DNA from: Yuukianura sp. NJ FZ-2021
Taxonomy: Eukaryota
Assembly: GCA_046563655.1 (NCBI GenBank)
Contig: JAJCTO010000009.1
Span: 186,001-250,000, forward strand
Reading direction: 5' to 3'
Length of the DNA stretch: 64,000 nucleotides
Shown: in pieces, positions 47,258-60,900 of the stretch
Layout: each line of letters begins with the position of its first letter
Position numbering within the stretch: the stretch's first letter is position 1
The notes under the pieces: model-generated
Database searches by the model: none
The model's input: only the letters and a program-made list of their open reading frames with translations
Told to the model about the DNA's origin: nothing
Position numbers and translations under genes: made by a program

Positions 47258-49546
47258 AAGTGTACCAATGTCAAGTTTTGACAAAAAAAATCCATTTTTT
47301 TCATTAAAAACTCCCCAAAAAGTCACTCTGGGCTATCTGAGAAGTGAAAATTTCAAACCGATACTATGCTTCTGAAAGCCCATATGAAGTGTACCAATGT
47401 CAAGTTTTGACAAAAAAATCCATTTTTTTCATTAAAAACTCCCCAAAAAATCACTCTGGGCTGTCTGAGAAGTGAAAATTTCAAACCGATACTATGCTTC
47501 TGAAAGCCCAAAAAGTCATTCTGGCCAATCTCAGAATTGAAAATTTCAAACGAAGTTATGCTTCTGAAAGCCCATCTGAAGTGTTCCAAGCTCAATTTTT
47601 CTCCGTGAAATCCATTTTTTTCATTTAAAACTCACCAAAAAGTCATTCTGGGCTATCTGAGGAGTCAAAACTGCAAACCGAAATTATGCTTGTGAAAGCC
47701 CATTTGAAGTGTTCCAGACTCAATTTTTCACCAAAAAATCATTTTTTTTTCATTAAATACTCTTCAAAAAGTCATTCTGGGATATCTGAGATGTCAAAAT
47801 TGCAAAACGAAATTATGCTTGTGAAAGCCCATCTGAAGTGTTCCAAGCTCAATTTTCTTCGAGAAATCCATTTTTTTTCATTTAAAACTCACCAAAAAGT
47901 CATTCTGGGCTATCTGAGGAGTGAAAATATCAAACCGATAATATGCCTCTGAAAGCCAATCTGAAGTGAACCAATCTCAATTTTTGTCAAAAAAATCATT
48001 TTTTTCATTAAAAACTCACCAAAAAGTCACTCTGGGCTATCTGAGAAGTGAAAATTTCAAACCGATACTATGCTTCTGAAAGCCCATATGAAGTGTACCA
48101 GTGTCAAGTTTTGTCAAAAAAATCCATTTTTTTTCATTAAAAACTCCCCAAAAAGTCATTCTGGCCAATCTCAGAATTGAAAATTTCAAACCGATACTAT
48201 GCTTCTGAAAGCCCATATGAAGTGTACCAATGTCAAGTTTTGACAAACAAAATCCATTTTTTTCATTAAAAACTCCCCAAAAAGTCACTCTGGGCTATCT
48301 GAGAAGTGAAAATTTCAAACCGATACTATGCTTCTGAAAGCCCATATGAAGTGTACCAATGTCAAGTTTTGACAAAAAAATCCATTTTTTTCATTAAAAA
48401 CTCCCCAAAAAATCACTCTGGGCTGTCTGAGAAGTGAAAATTTCAAACCGATACTATGCTTCTGAAAGCCCATATGAAGTGTACCAATGTCAAGTTTTGT
48501 CAAAAAAATCCACTTTTTCATTAAAAACTCCCCAAAAAGTCATTCTGGCCAATCTCAGAATTGAAAATTTCAAACGAAGTTATGCTTCTGAAAGCCCATC
48601 TGAAGTGTTCCAAGCTCAATTTTTCTCCGTGAAATCCATTTTTTTCATTTAAAACTCACCAAAAAGTCATTCTGGGCTATCTGAGGAGTCAAAACTGCAA
48701 ACCGAAATTATGCTTGTGAAAGCCCATTTGAAGTGTTCCAGACTCAATTTTTCACCAAAAAATCATTTTTTTTCATTAAATACTCTTCAAAAAGTCATTC
48801 TGGGATATCTGAGATGTCAAAATTGCAAAACGAAATTATGCTTGTGAAAGCCCATCTGAAGTGTTCCAAGCTCAATTTTCTTCGAGAAATCCATTTTTTT
48901 TCATTTAAAACTCACCAAAAAGTCATTCTGGGCTATCTGAGGAGTGAAAATATCAAACCGATAATATGCCTCTGAAAGCCAATCTGAAGTGAACCAATCT
49001 CAATTTTTGTCAAAAAAATCATTTTTTTTTCATTAAAAACTCACCAAAAAATCACTCTGGGCTATCTGAGAAGTGAAAATTTCAAACCGATACTATGCTT
49101 CTGAAAGCCCATATGAAGTGTACCAGTGTCAAGTTTTGTCAAAAAAATCCATTTTTTTCATTAAAAACTCCCCAAAAAGTCATTCTGGCCAATCTCAGAA
49201 TTGAAAATTTCAAACCGATACTATGCTTCTGAAAGCCCATATGAAGTGTACCAATGTCAAGTTTTGACAAAAAAAAATCCATTTTTTTCATTAAAAACTC
49301 CCCAAAAAATCACTCTGGGCTGTCTGAGAAGTGAAAATTTCAAACCGATACTATGCTTGTGAAAGCCCATCTGAAGTGTTCCAAGCTCAATTTTTCTCCG
49401 AAAAATCCATTTTTTTTTTCATTTAAAACTCACAAAAAAGTCATTCAGGGCTATCTGAGGAGTGAAAATTGCAAACCAAAATTATGCTTGTGAAAGCCAA
49501 TCTGAAGTGTTCCAAGCTAAATTTTTCTCCGAAAAATCCATTTTTT
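47258..49546 (+). repeat. 128-bp satellite, A/B mosaic
   Basis: Near-copy of 36091-38378. Confidence 0.95.
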
Positions 49547-50715
49547 AGTCTTCTGGAGACGCACGTCTACGACGTGCTGAAGAAGACTATTGATACGACT
49601 TTTCTGTCCGTAACGTTTTTTAGGACACTTTCCGCTGAAACATTAGCCCCATTATTGACGGGGGGTTATGTATGGCTCAAGAGTTTTCAGTAGGTCTACA
49701 TTGCACTCAAAGTGTTAAATTAACAACGTAGAAGTTGGCGGCTACTTTACGTACCCGCAGTATCGTGCCTCCGCAAAACTGTTTTGGTTTCGATTGCACT
49801 CAAAATATTTATAAACAACGGAGTTATGATCTGGTCACTTTCTGGCAGTATGTTTAATTACGTTGTAAAGTTAAACCTTGTCAGCGGGTAGAAATTCCGG
49901 CTTAAATTCGTAACATGTAAACAGTGCATGGCAGGGTTCAAATTTGCTTTAGCAAGAAATTTTTATAATCGACCCTTACCCCACAACGTACAATTTTGTG
50001 CATGATACACACAATTGAAAGTTTGTGCAAGTTTGAGAACTACCTTGAGCATCAAAATAATTTTTAGCAGAGTGAAGTCTGAGACCAAATTAAACAACAT
50101 TTTGATGCAGTTAAATTAACGCTGTTCGCTTTTTAACAAATGGTGCATCTATTTGAACCGAGTTTGATTTTAAGGAAGCTGTATTCGACCCCTGCCCCTC
50201 AACGTTCAATTTTGTGCACACTTATACGTAGATGCACATAAATGTCGAATTGCGCAATTATTCTGACGCTGTACAATGGACGTTGCTATTTTAAAATTTG
50301 TGAATACTGGAGAACAACTGCACATACATCTTTTAGAATGGTGATTAGTACATCCGATTATACAATTATTGTGCATTTACATGAACAGATTTAAGGGCAT
50401 TCTAATTTTGTGCATACTTGAGAACAATTTGATGTAAAAATGTTGTGCTTCAAAGGATTTGAACAGAGTGAAAACTGAGCTTTTGAACAACATTTTTATG
50501 CAAACGGTTTTTTCACATTTTAGTGCAATTGTGTACAAACGCGCCCCAAATCTGCACTGAAGATTATGAGCGAAGTTTAGTTGCATAAATCTCGTGAAAA
50601 CGGTTTCTTAACGTTTTTCTTGAACGCGTTCACGGATAGCCGGTCTAAAAGCCATATCAATTGCCAACTACCTCCAGAAGACCAATGCTCAACCCTTGAG
50701 CATCGCTCTACCTTG
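49547..50715 (+). mobile_element. HINE/DINE-1-like element, copy 2
   Basis: Near-identical to 38379-39547 with the same flanking monomers. Confidence 0.85.
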
Positions 50716-53700
50716 TTTTTCATTTAAAACTCACCAAAAAGTCATTCTGGGCTATCTGAGGAGTCAAAATTGCAAACCGAAATTATGCTCGTGAAAGAAA
50801 ATCTGAAGTGTTCCAAGCTGAATTTTTCTCCGAAAAATCCATTCTTTTTCATTTATAACTCACCAAAAAGTCATTCTGGGCTATCTGAGGAGTCAAAATT
50901 GCAAACCGAAATTATGCTTGTGAAAGCCAATCTGAAGTGTTCCAAGCTCAATTTTCTCCGAAAAATCCATTTTTTTTCATTTAAAACTCACCAAAAAGTC
51001 ATTCTGGGCTATCTGAGGAGTCAAAATTGCAAACCGAAATTATGCTCGTGAAAGAAAATCTGAAGTGTTCCAAGCTGAATTTTTCTCCGAAAAATCCATT
51101 CTTTTTCATTTATAACTCACCAAAAAGTCATTCTGGGCTATCTGAGGAGTCAAAATTGCAAACCGAAATTATGCTTCTGAAAGCCCATCTGAAGTGTTCC
51201 AAACTCACTTTTTCTCCGAAAAATCCATTTTTTTTCATTTAAAACTCACCAAAAGGTCATTCTGGGCTATCTGAGGAGTCAAAATTGCAAACCGAAATTA
51301 TGCTTCTGAAAGCCAATCTGAAGTGTTCCAAGCTAAATTTTTCTCCGAAAAATCCATTCTTTTTCATTTATAACTCACCAAAAAGTCATTCTGGGCTATC
51401 TGAGGAGTCAAAATTGCAAACCGAAATTATGCTTGTGAAAGCCCATCTGAAGTGTTCCAAGCTCAATTTTTCTCCGAAAAATCCATTTTTTTTTCATTTA
51501 AAACTCACAAAAAAGTCATTCAGGGCTATCTGAGGAGTGAAAATTGCAAACCAAAATTATGCTTGTGAAAGCCAATCTGAAGTGTTCCAAGCTAAATTTT
51601 TCTACGAAAAATCCATTTTTTTTTCATTTAAAACTCACCAAAAAGTCATTCTGGGCTATCTGAGGAGTCAAAATTGCAAACCGAAATTATGCTCGTGAAA
51701 GAAAATCTGAAGTGTTCCAAGCTGAATTTTTCTCCGAAAAATCCATTCTTTTTCATTTATAACTCACCAAAAAGTCATTCTGGGCTATCTGAGGAGTCAA
51801 AATTGCAAACCGAAATTATGCTTGTGAAAGCCCATCTGAAGTGTTCCAAGCTCAATTTTCCTCGAGAAATCCATTTTTTTTTATTTAAAACTCACCAAAA
51901 AGTCATTCTGGGCTATCTGAGGAGTCAAAACTGCAAACCGAAATTATGCTGGTGAAAGCCCATTTGAAGTGTTCCAAGCTAAATTTTTCTCCGAAACATC
52001 CATTCTTTTTCATTTATAACTCACCAAAAAGTCATTCTGGGCTATCTGAGGAGTCAAAATTGCAAACGAAGTTATGCTTCTGAAAGCCCATCTGAAGTGT
52101 TCCAAGCTCAATTTTTCTCCGTGAAATCCATTTTTTTCATTTAAAACTCACCAAAAAGTCATTCTGGGCTATCTGAGGAGTCAAAATTGCAAACCGAAAT
52201 TATGCTTGTGAAACCCCATCTGAAGTGTTCCAAGCTCAATTTTTCTCCGAAAAATCCATTTTTTTTTTCATTTAAAACTCACCAAAAAGTCATTCTGGGC
52301 TATCTGAGGAGTCAAAATTGCAAACCGAAATTATGCTCGTGAAAGAAAATCTGAAGTGTTCCAAGCTGAATTTTTCTCCGAAAAATCCATTCTTTTTCAT
52401 TTATAACTCACCAAAAAGTCATTCTGGGCTATCTGAGGAGTCAAAATTGCAAACCGAAATTATGCTTCTGAAAGCCCATCTGAAGTGTTCCAAACTCACT
52501 TTTTCTCCGAAAAATCCATTTTTTTTCATTTAAAACTCACCAAAAGGTCATTCTGGGCTATCTGAGGAGTCAAAATTGCAAACCGAAATTATGCTTCTGA
52601 AAGCCAATCTGAAGTGTTCCAAGCTAAATTTTTCTCCGAAAAATCCATTTTTTTTCATTTAAAACTCACCAAAAAGTCATTCTGGGCTATCTGAGGAGTC
52701 AAAACTGCAAACCGAAATTATGCTTGTGAAAGCCCATTTGAAGTGTTCCAGACTCAATTTTTCACCAAAAAATCATTTTTTTTTCATTAAATACTCTTCA
52801 AAAAGTCATTCTGGGCTATCTGAGATGTCAAAATTGCAAACCGAAATTATGCTTGTGAAAGCCCATCTGAAGTGTTCCAAGCTCAATTTTTCTCCGAAAA
52901 ATCCATTTTTTTCATTTAAAACTCACCAAAAAGTCATTCTGGGCTATCTGAGGAGTCAAAATTGCAAACCGAAATTATGCTTCTGAAAGCCCATCTGAAG
53001 TGTTCCAAGCTAAATTTTTCTCCGAAAAATCCATTTTTTTTTTCATTTATAACTCACCAAAAAGTCATTCTGGGCTATCTGAGGAGTCAAAATTGCAAAC
53101 CGAAATAATGCTTGTGAAAGCCAATCTGAAGTGTTCCAAGCTAAATTTTTCTCCGAAAAATCCATTCTTTTTCATTTATAACTCACCAAAAAGTCATTCT
53201 GGGCTATCTGAGGAGTCAAAATTGCAAACCGAAATTATGCTTGTGAAAGCCCATCTGAAGTGTTCCAGACTCAATTTTTCACCAAAAAATCATTTTTTTC
53301 ATTAAATACTCTTCAAAAGGTCATTCTGGGCTATCTGAGGAGTCAAAATTGCAAACCGAAATTATGCTTCTGAAAGCCCATCTGAAGTGTTCCAAACTCA
53401 CTTTTTCTCCGAAAAATCCATTTTTTTTCATTTAAAACTCACCAAAAGGTCATTCTGGGCTATCTGAGGAGTCAAAATTGCAAACCGAAATTATGCTTCT
53501 GAAAGCCAATCTGAAGTGTTCCAAGCTAAATTTTTCTCCGAAAAATCCATTCTTTTTCATTTATAACTCACCAAAAAGTCATTCTGGGCTATCTGAGGAG
53601 TCAAAATTGCAAACCGAAATTATGCTTGTGAAAGCCCATCTGAAGTGTTCCAAGCTCAATTTTTCTCCGAAAAATCCATTTTTTTCATTTAAAACTCACA

Positions 53701-53812
53701 AAAAAGTCATTCAGGGCTATCTGAGGAGTGAAAATTGCAAACCAAAATTATGCTTGTGAAAGCCAATCTGAAGTGTTCCAAGCTAAATTTTTCTCCGAAA
53801 AATCCATTTTTT
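50716..53812 (+). repeat. 128-bp satellite, subtype B (heterogeneous part)
   Basis: B monomers with recurring variants (GCTCGTGAAAGAAAA, CATTCTTTTTCATTTATAA, CCAAACTCAC). Confidence 0.97.
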
Positions 53813-54982
53813 AGTCTTCTGGAGACGCACGTCTACGACGTGCTGAAGAAGACTATTGATACGACTTTTCTGTCCGTAACGTTTTTTAGGACACTTTCCG
53901 CTGAAACATTAGCCCCATTATTGACGGGGGGTTATGTATGGCTCAAGAGTTTTCAGTAGGTCTACATTGCACTCAAAGTGTTAAATTAACAACGTAGAAG
54001 TTGGCGGCTACTTTACGTACCCGCAGTATCGTGCCTCCGCAAAACTGTTTTGGTTTCGATTGCACTCAAAATATTTATAAACAACGGAGTTATGATCTGG
54101 TCACTTTCTGGCAGTATGTTTAATTACGTTGTAAAGTTAAACCTTGTCAGGGGGTAGAAATTCCGGCTTAAATTCGTAACATGTAAACAGTGCATGGCAG
54201 GGTTCAAATTTGCTTTAGCAAGAAATTTTTATAATCGACCCTTACCCCACAACGTACAATTTTGTGCATGATACACACAATTGAAAGTTTGTGCAAGTTT
54301 GAGAACTACCTTGAGCATCAAAATAATTTTTAGCAGAGTGAAGTCTGAGACCAAATTAAACAACATTTTGATGCAGTTAAATTAACGCTGTTCGCTTTTT
54401 TAACAAATGGTGCATCTATTTGAACCGAGTTTGATTTTAAGGAAGCTGTATTCGACCCCTGCCCCTCAACGTTCAATTTTGTGCACACTTATACGTAGAT
54501 GCACATAAATGTCGAATTGCGCAATTATTCTGACGCTGTACAATGGACGTTGCTATTTTAAAATTTGTGAATACTGGAGAACAACTGCACATACATCTTT
54601 TAGAATGGTGATTAGTACATCCGATTATACAATTATTGTGCATTTACATGAACAGATTTAAGGGCATTCTAATTTTGTGCATACTTGAGAACAATTTGAT
54701 GTAAAAATGTTGTGCTTCAAAGGATTTGAACAGAGTGAAAACTGAGCTTTTGAACAACATTTTTATGCAAACGGTTTTTTCACATTTTAGTGCAATTGTG
54801 TACAAACGCGCCCCAAATCTGCACTGAAGATTATGAGCGAAGTTTAGTTGCATAAATCTCGTGAAAACGGTTTCTTAACGTTTTTCTTGAACGCGTTCAC
54901 GGATAGCCGGTCTAAAAGCCATATCAATTGCCAACTACCTCCAGAAGACCAATGCTCAACCCTTGAGCATCGCTCTACCTTG
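53813..54982 (+). mobile_element. HINE/DINE-1-like element, copy 3
   Basis: Near-identical to copies 1 and 2, with the same immediate flanking monomer variants. Confidence 0.85.
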
Positions 54983-57900
54983 TTTTTCATTTAAAACTCA
55001 CCAAAAAGTCATTCTGGGCTATCTGAGGAGTCAAAATTGCAAACCGAAATTATGCTCGTGAAAGAAAATCTGAAGTGTTCCAAGCTGAATTTTTCTCCGA
55101 AAAATCCATTCTTTTTCATTTATAACTCACCAAAAAGTCATTCTGGGCTATCTGAGGAGTCAAAATTGCAAACCGAAATTATGCTTGTGAAAGCCCATCT
55201 GAAGTGTTCCAAGCTCAATTTTCCTCGAGAAATCCATTTTTTTTTATTTAAAACTCACCAAAAAGTCATTCTGGGCTATCTGAGGAGTCAAAACTGCAAA
55301 CCGAAATTATGCTGGTGAAAGCCCATCTGAAGTGTTCCAAGCTAAATTTTTCTCCGAAAAATCCATTCTTTTTCATTTATAACTCACCAAAAAGTCATTC
55401 TGGGCTATCTGAGGAGTCAAAATTGCAAACCGAAGTTATGCTTCTGAAAGCCCATCTGAAGTGTTCCAAGCTCAATTTTTCTTCGAAAAATCCATTTTTT
55501 TCATTTAAAACTCACCAAAAAGTCATTCTGGGCTATCTGAGGAGTCAAAATTGCAAACCGAAATTATGCTTGTGAAAGCCCATCTGAAGTGTTCCAAGCT
55601 CAATTTTTCTCCGAAAAATCCATTTTTTTCATTTAAAACTCACCAAAAAGTCATTCTGGGCTATCTGAGGAGTCAAAATTGCAAACCGAAATTATGCTCG
55701 TGAAAGAAAATCTGAAGTGTTCCAAGCTGAATTTTTCTCCGAAAAATCCATTCTTTTTCATTTATAACTCACCAAAAAGTCATTCTGGGCTATCTGAGGA
55801 GTCAAAATTGCAAACCGAAATTATGCTTCTGAAAGCCCATCTGAAGTGTTCCAAACTCACTTTTTCTCCGAAAAATCCATTTTTTTCATTTAAAACTCAC
55901 CAAAAAGTCATTCTGGGCTATCTGAGGAGTCAAAATTGCAAACCGAAATTATGCTTCTGAAAGCCAATCTGAAGTGTTCCAAGCTAAATTTTTCTCCGAA
56001 AAATCCATTTTTTTCATTTAAAACTCACCAAAAAGTCATTCTGGGCTATCTGAGGAGTCAAAATTGCAAACCGAAATTATGCTTGTGAAAGCCCATCTGA
56101 AGTGTTCCAGACTCAATTTTTCACCAAAAAATCATTTTTTTCATTAAATACTCTTCAAAAAGTCATTCTGGGCTATCTGAGGAGTCAAAATTGCAAACCG
56201 AAATTATGCTTGTGAAAGCCCATCTGAAGTGTTCCAAGCTCAATTTTTCTCCGAAAAATCCATTTTTTTCATTTAAAACTCACCAAAAGGTCATTCTGGG
56301 CTATCTGAGGAGTCAAAATTGCAAACCGAAATTATGCTTCTGAAAGCCCATCTGAAGTGTTCCAAGCTAAATTTTTCTCCGAAAAATCCATTCTTTTTCA
56401 TTTATAACTCACCAAAAAGTCATTCTGGGCTATCTGAGGAGTCAAAATTGCAAACCGAAATTATGCTTGTGAAAGCCAATCTGAAGTGTTCCAAGCTAAA
56501 TTTTTCTCCGAAAAATCCATTCTTTTTCATTTATAACTCACCAAAAAGTCATTCTGGGCTATCTGAGGAGTCAAAATTGCAAACCGAAATTATGCTTGTG
56601 AAAGCCCATCTGAAGTGTTCCAGACTCAATTTTTCACCAAAAAATCCATTTTTTTCATTAAATACTCTTCAAAAGGTCATTCTGGGCTATCTGAGGAGTC
56701 AAAATTGCAAACCGAAATTATGCTTCTGAAAGCCCATCTGAAGTGTTCCAAACTCAATTTTTCTCCGAAAAATCCATTTTTTTCATTTAAAACTCACCAA
56801 AAAGTCATTCTGGGCTATCTGAGGAGTCAAAATTGCAAACCGAAATTATGCTTCTGAAAGCCCATCTGAAGTGTTCCAAGCTAAATTTTTCTCCGAAAAA
56901 TCCATTCTTTTTCATTTATAACTCACCAAAAAGTCATTCTGGGCTATCTGAGGAGTCAAAATTGCAAACCGAAATTATGCTTGTGAAAGCCCATCTGAAG
57001 TGTTCCAAGCTCAATTTTTCTCCGAAAAATCCATTTTTTTCATTTAAAACTCACCAAAAAGTCATTCTGGGCTATCTGAGGAGTCAAAATTGCAAACCGA
57101 AATTATGCTTGTGAAAGCCCATCTGAAGTGTTCCAAGCTAAATTTTTCTCCGAAAAATCCATTTTTTTTCATTTAAAACTCACCAAAAAGTCATTCTGGG
57201 CTATCTGAGGAGTCAAAATTGCAAACCGAAATTATGCTTGTGAAAGCCCATCTGAAGTGTTCCAAGCTCAATTTTTCTCCGAAAAATCCATTCTTTTTCA
57301 TTTATAACTCACCAAAAAGTCATTCTGGGCTATCTGAGGAGTCAAAATTGCAAACCGAAATTATGCTTGTGAAAGCCCATCTGAAGTGTTCCAAGCTCAA
57401 TTTTTCTCCGAAAAATCCATTTTTTTTATTTAAAACTCACCAAAAAGTCATTCTGGGCTATCTGAGGAGTCAAAATTGCAAACCGAAATTATGCTTGTGA
57501 AAGCCCATCTGAAGTGTTCCAAGCTAAATTTTTCTCCGAAAAATCCATTCTTTTTCATTTATAACTCACCAAAAAGTCATTCTGGGCTATCTGAGGAGTC
57601 AAAATTGCAAACCGAAGTTATGCTTCTGAAAGCCCATCTGAAGTGTTCCAAGCTCAATTTTTCTTCGAAAAATCCATTTTTTTCATTTAAAACTCACCAA
57701 AAAGTCATTCTGGGCTATCTGAGGAGTCAAAATTGCAAACCGAAATTATGCTTGTGAAAGCCCATCTGAAGTGTTCCAAGCTCAATTTTTCTTCGAAAAA
57801 TCCATTTTTTTCATTTAAAACTCACCAAAAAGTCATTCTGGGCTATCTGAGGAGTCAAAATTGCAAACCGAAATTATGCTTGTGAAAGCCAATCTGAAGT

Positions 57901-60900
57901 GTTCCAAGCTCAATTTTTCTCCGAAAAATCCATTCTTTTTCATTTATAACTCACCAAAAAGTCATTCTGGGCTATCTGAGGAGTCAAAATTGCAAACCGA
58001 AATTATGCTTGTGAAAGCCCATCTGAAGTGTTCCAAGCTCAATTTTTCTCCGAAAAATCCATTTTTTTCATTTAAAACTCACCAAAAAGTCATTCTGGGC
58101 TATCTGAGGAGTCAAAATTGCAAACCGAAATTATGCTTCTGAAAGCCCATCTGAAGTGTTCCAAGCTAAATTTTTCTCCGAAAAATCCATTCTTTTTCAT
58201 TTATAACTCACCAAAAAGTCATTCTGGGCTATCTGAGGAGTCAAAATTGCAAACCGAAATTATGCTTGTGAAAGCCCATCTGAAGTGTTCCAAGCTCAAT
58301 TTTTCTCCGAAAAATCCATTTTTTTCATTTAAAACTCACCAAAAAGTCATTCTGGGCTATCTGAGGAGTCAAAATTGCAAACCGAAATTATGCTTGTGAA
58401 AGCCCATCTGAAGTGTTCCAAGCTAAATTTTTCTCCGAAAAATCCATTCTTTTTCATTTATAACTCACCAAAAAGTCATTCTGGGCTATCTGAGGAGTCA
58501 AAATTGCAAACCGAAGTTATGCTTCTGAAAGCCCATCTGAAGTGTTCCAAGCTCAATTTTTCTTCGAAAAATCCATTTTTTTCATTTAAAACTCACCAAA
58601 AAGTCATTCTGGGCTATCTGAGGAGTCAAAATTGCAAACCGAAATTATGCTTGTGAAAGCCCATCTGAAGTGTTCCAAGCTCAATTTTTCTCCGAAAAAT
58701 CCATTTTTTTCATTTAAAACTCACCAAAAAGTCATTCTGGGCTATCTGAGGAGTCAAAATTGCAAACCGAAATTATGCTTGTGAAAGCCCATCTGAAGTG
58801 TTCCAAGCTGAATTTTTCTCCGAAAAATCCATTCTTTTTCATTTATAACTCACCAAAAAGTCATTCTGGGCTATCTGAGGAGTCAAAATTGCAAACCGAA
58901 GTTATGCTTCTGAAAGCCCATCTGAAGTGTTCCAAGCTCAATTTTTCTTCGAAAAATCCATTTTTTTCATTTAAAACTCACCAAAAAGTCATTCTGGGCT
59001 ATCTGAGGAGTCAAAATTGCAAACCGAAATTATGCTTGTGAAAGCCCATCTGAAGTGTTCCAAGCTAAATTTTTCTCCGAAAAATCCATTCTTTTTCATT
59101 TATAACTCACCAAAAAGTCATTCTGGGCTATCTGAGGAGTCAAAATTGCAAACCGAAATTATGCTTGTGAAAGCCCATCTGAAGTGTTCCAAGCTCAATT
59201 TTTCTCCGAAAAATCCATTTTTTTCATTTAAAACTCACCAAAAAGTCATTCTGGGCTATCTGAGGAGTCAAAATTGCAAACCGAAATTATGCTTGTGAAA
59301 GCCCATCTGAAGTGTTCCAAGCTAAATTTTTCTCCGAAAAATCCATTTTTTTCATTTAAAACTCACCAAAAAGTCATTCTGGGCTATCTGAGGAGTCAAA
59401 ATTGCAAACCGAAATTATGCTTGTGAAAGCCCATCTGAAGTGTTCCAAGCTCAATTTTTCTCCGAAAAATCCATTCTTTTTCATTTATAACTCACCAAAA
59501 AGTCATTCTGGGCTATCTGAGGAGTCAAAATTGCAAACCGAAATTATGCTTGTGAAAGCCCATCTGAAGTGTTCCAAACTCAATTTTTCTCCGAAAAATC
59601 CATTTTTTTCATTTAAAACTCACCAAAAAGTCATTCTGGGCTATCTGAGGAGTCAAAATTGCAAACCGAAATTATGCTTCTGAAAGCCCATCTGAAGTGT
59701 TCCAAGCTAAATTTTTCTCCGAAAAATCCATTCTTTTTCATTTATAACTCACCAAAAAGTCATTCTGGGCTATCTGAGGAGTCAAAATTGCAAACCGAAA
59801 TTATGCTTGTGAAAGCCCATCTGAAGTGTTCCAAGCTCAATTTTTCTCCGAAAAATCCATTTTTTTCATTTAAAACTCACCAAAAAGTCATTCTGGGCTA
59901 TCTGAGGAGTCAAAATTGCAAACCGAAATTATGCTTGTGAAAGCCCATCTGAAGTGTTCCAAGCTCAATTTTTCTCCGAAAAATCCATTTTTTTCATTTA
60001 AAACTCACCAAAAAGTCATTCTGGGCTATCTGAGGAGTCAAAATTGCAAACCGAAATTATGCTTGTGAAAGCCCATCTGAAGTGTTCCAAGCTCAATTTT
60101 TCTCCGAAAAATCCATTCTTTTTCATTTAAAACTCACCAAAAAGTCATTCTGGGCTATCTGAGGAGTCAAAATTGCAAACCGAAATTATGCTTGTGAAAG
60201 CCCATCTGAAGTGTTCCAAGCTCAATTTTTCTCCGAAAAATCCATTTTTTTCATTTAAAACTCACCAAAAAGTCATTCTGGGCTATCTGAGGAGTCAAAA
60301 TTGCAAACCGAAATTATGCTTGTGAAAGCCCATCTGAAGTGTTCCAAGCTCAATTTTTCTCCGAAAAATCCATTTTTTTCATTTATAACTCACCAAAAAG
60401 TCATTCTGGGCTATCTGAGGAGTCAAAATTGCAAACCGAAATTATGCTTCTGAAAGCCCATCTGAAGTGTTCCAAGCTCAATTTTTCTCCGAAAAATCCA
60501 TTTTTTTCATTTAAAACTCACCAAAAAGTCATTCTGGGCTATCTGAGGAGTCAAAATTGCAAACCGAAATTATGCTTGTGAAAGCCCATCTGAAGTGTTC
60601 CAAGCTCAATTTTTCTCCGAAAAATCCATTTTTTTCATTTAAAACTCACCAAAAAGTCATTCTGGGCTATCTGAGGAGTCAAAATTGCAAACCGAAATTA
60701 TGCTTGTGAAAGCCCATCTGAAGTGTTCCAAGCTCAATTTTTCTCCGAAAAATCCATTCTTTTTCATTTATAACTCACCAAAAAGTCATTCTGGGCTATC
60801 TGAGGAGTCAAAATTGCAAACCGAAATTATGCTTGTGAAAGCCCATCTGAAGTGTTCCAAGCTCAATTTTTCTCCGAAAAATCCATTTTTTTCATTTAAA

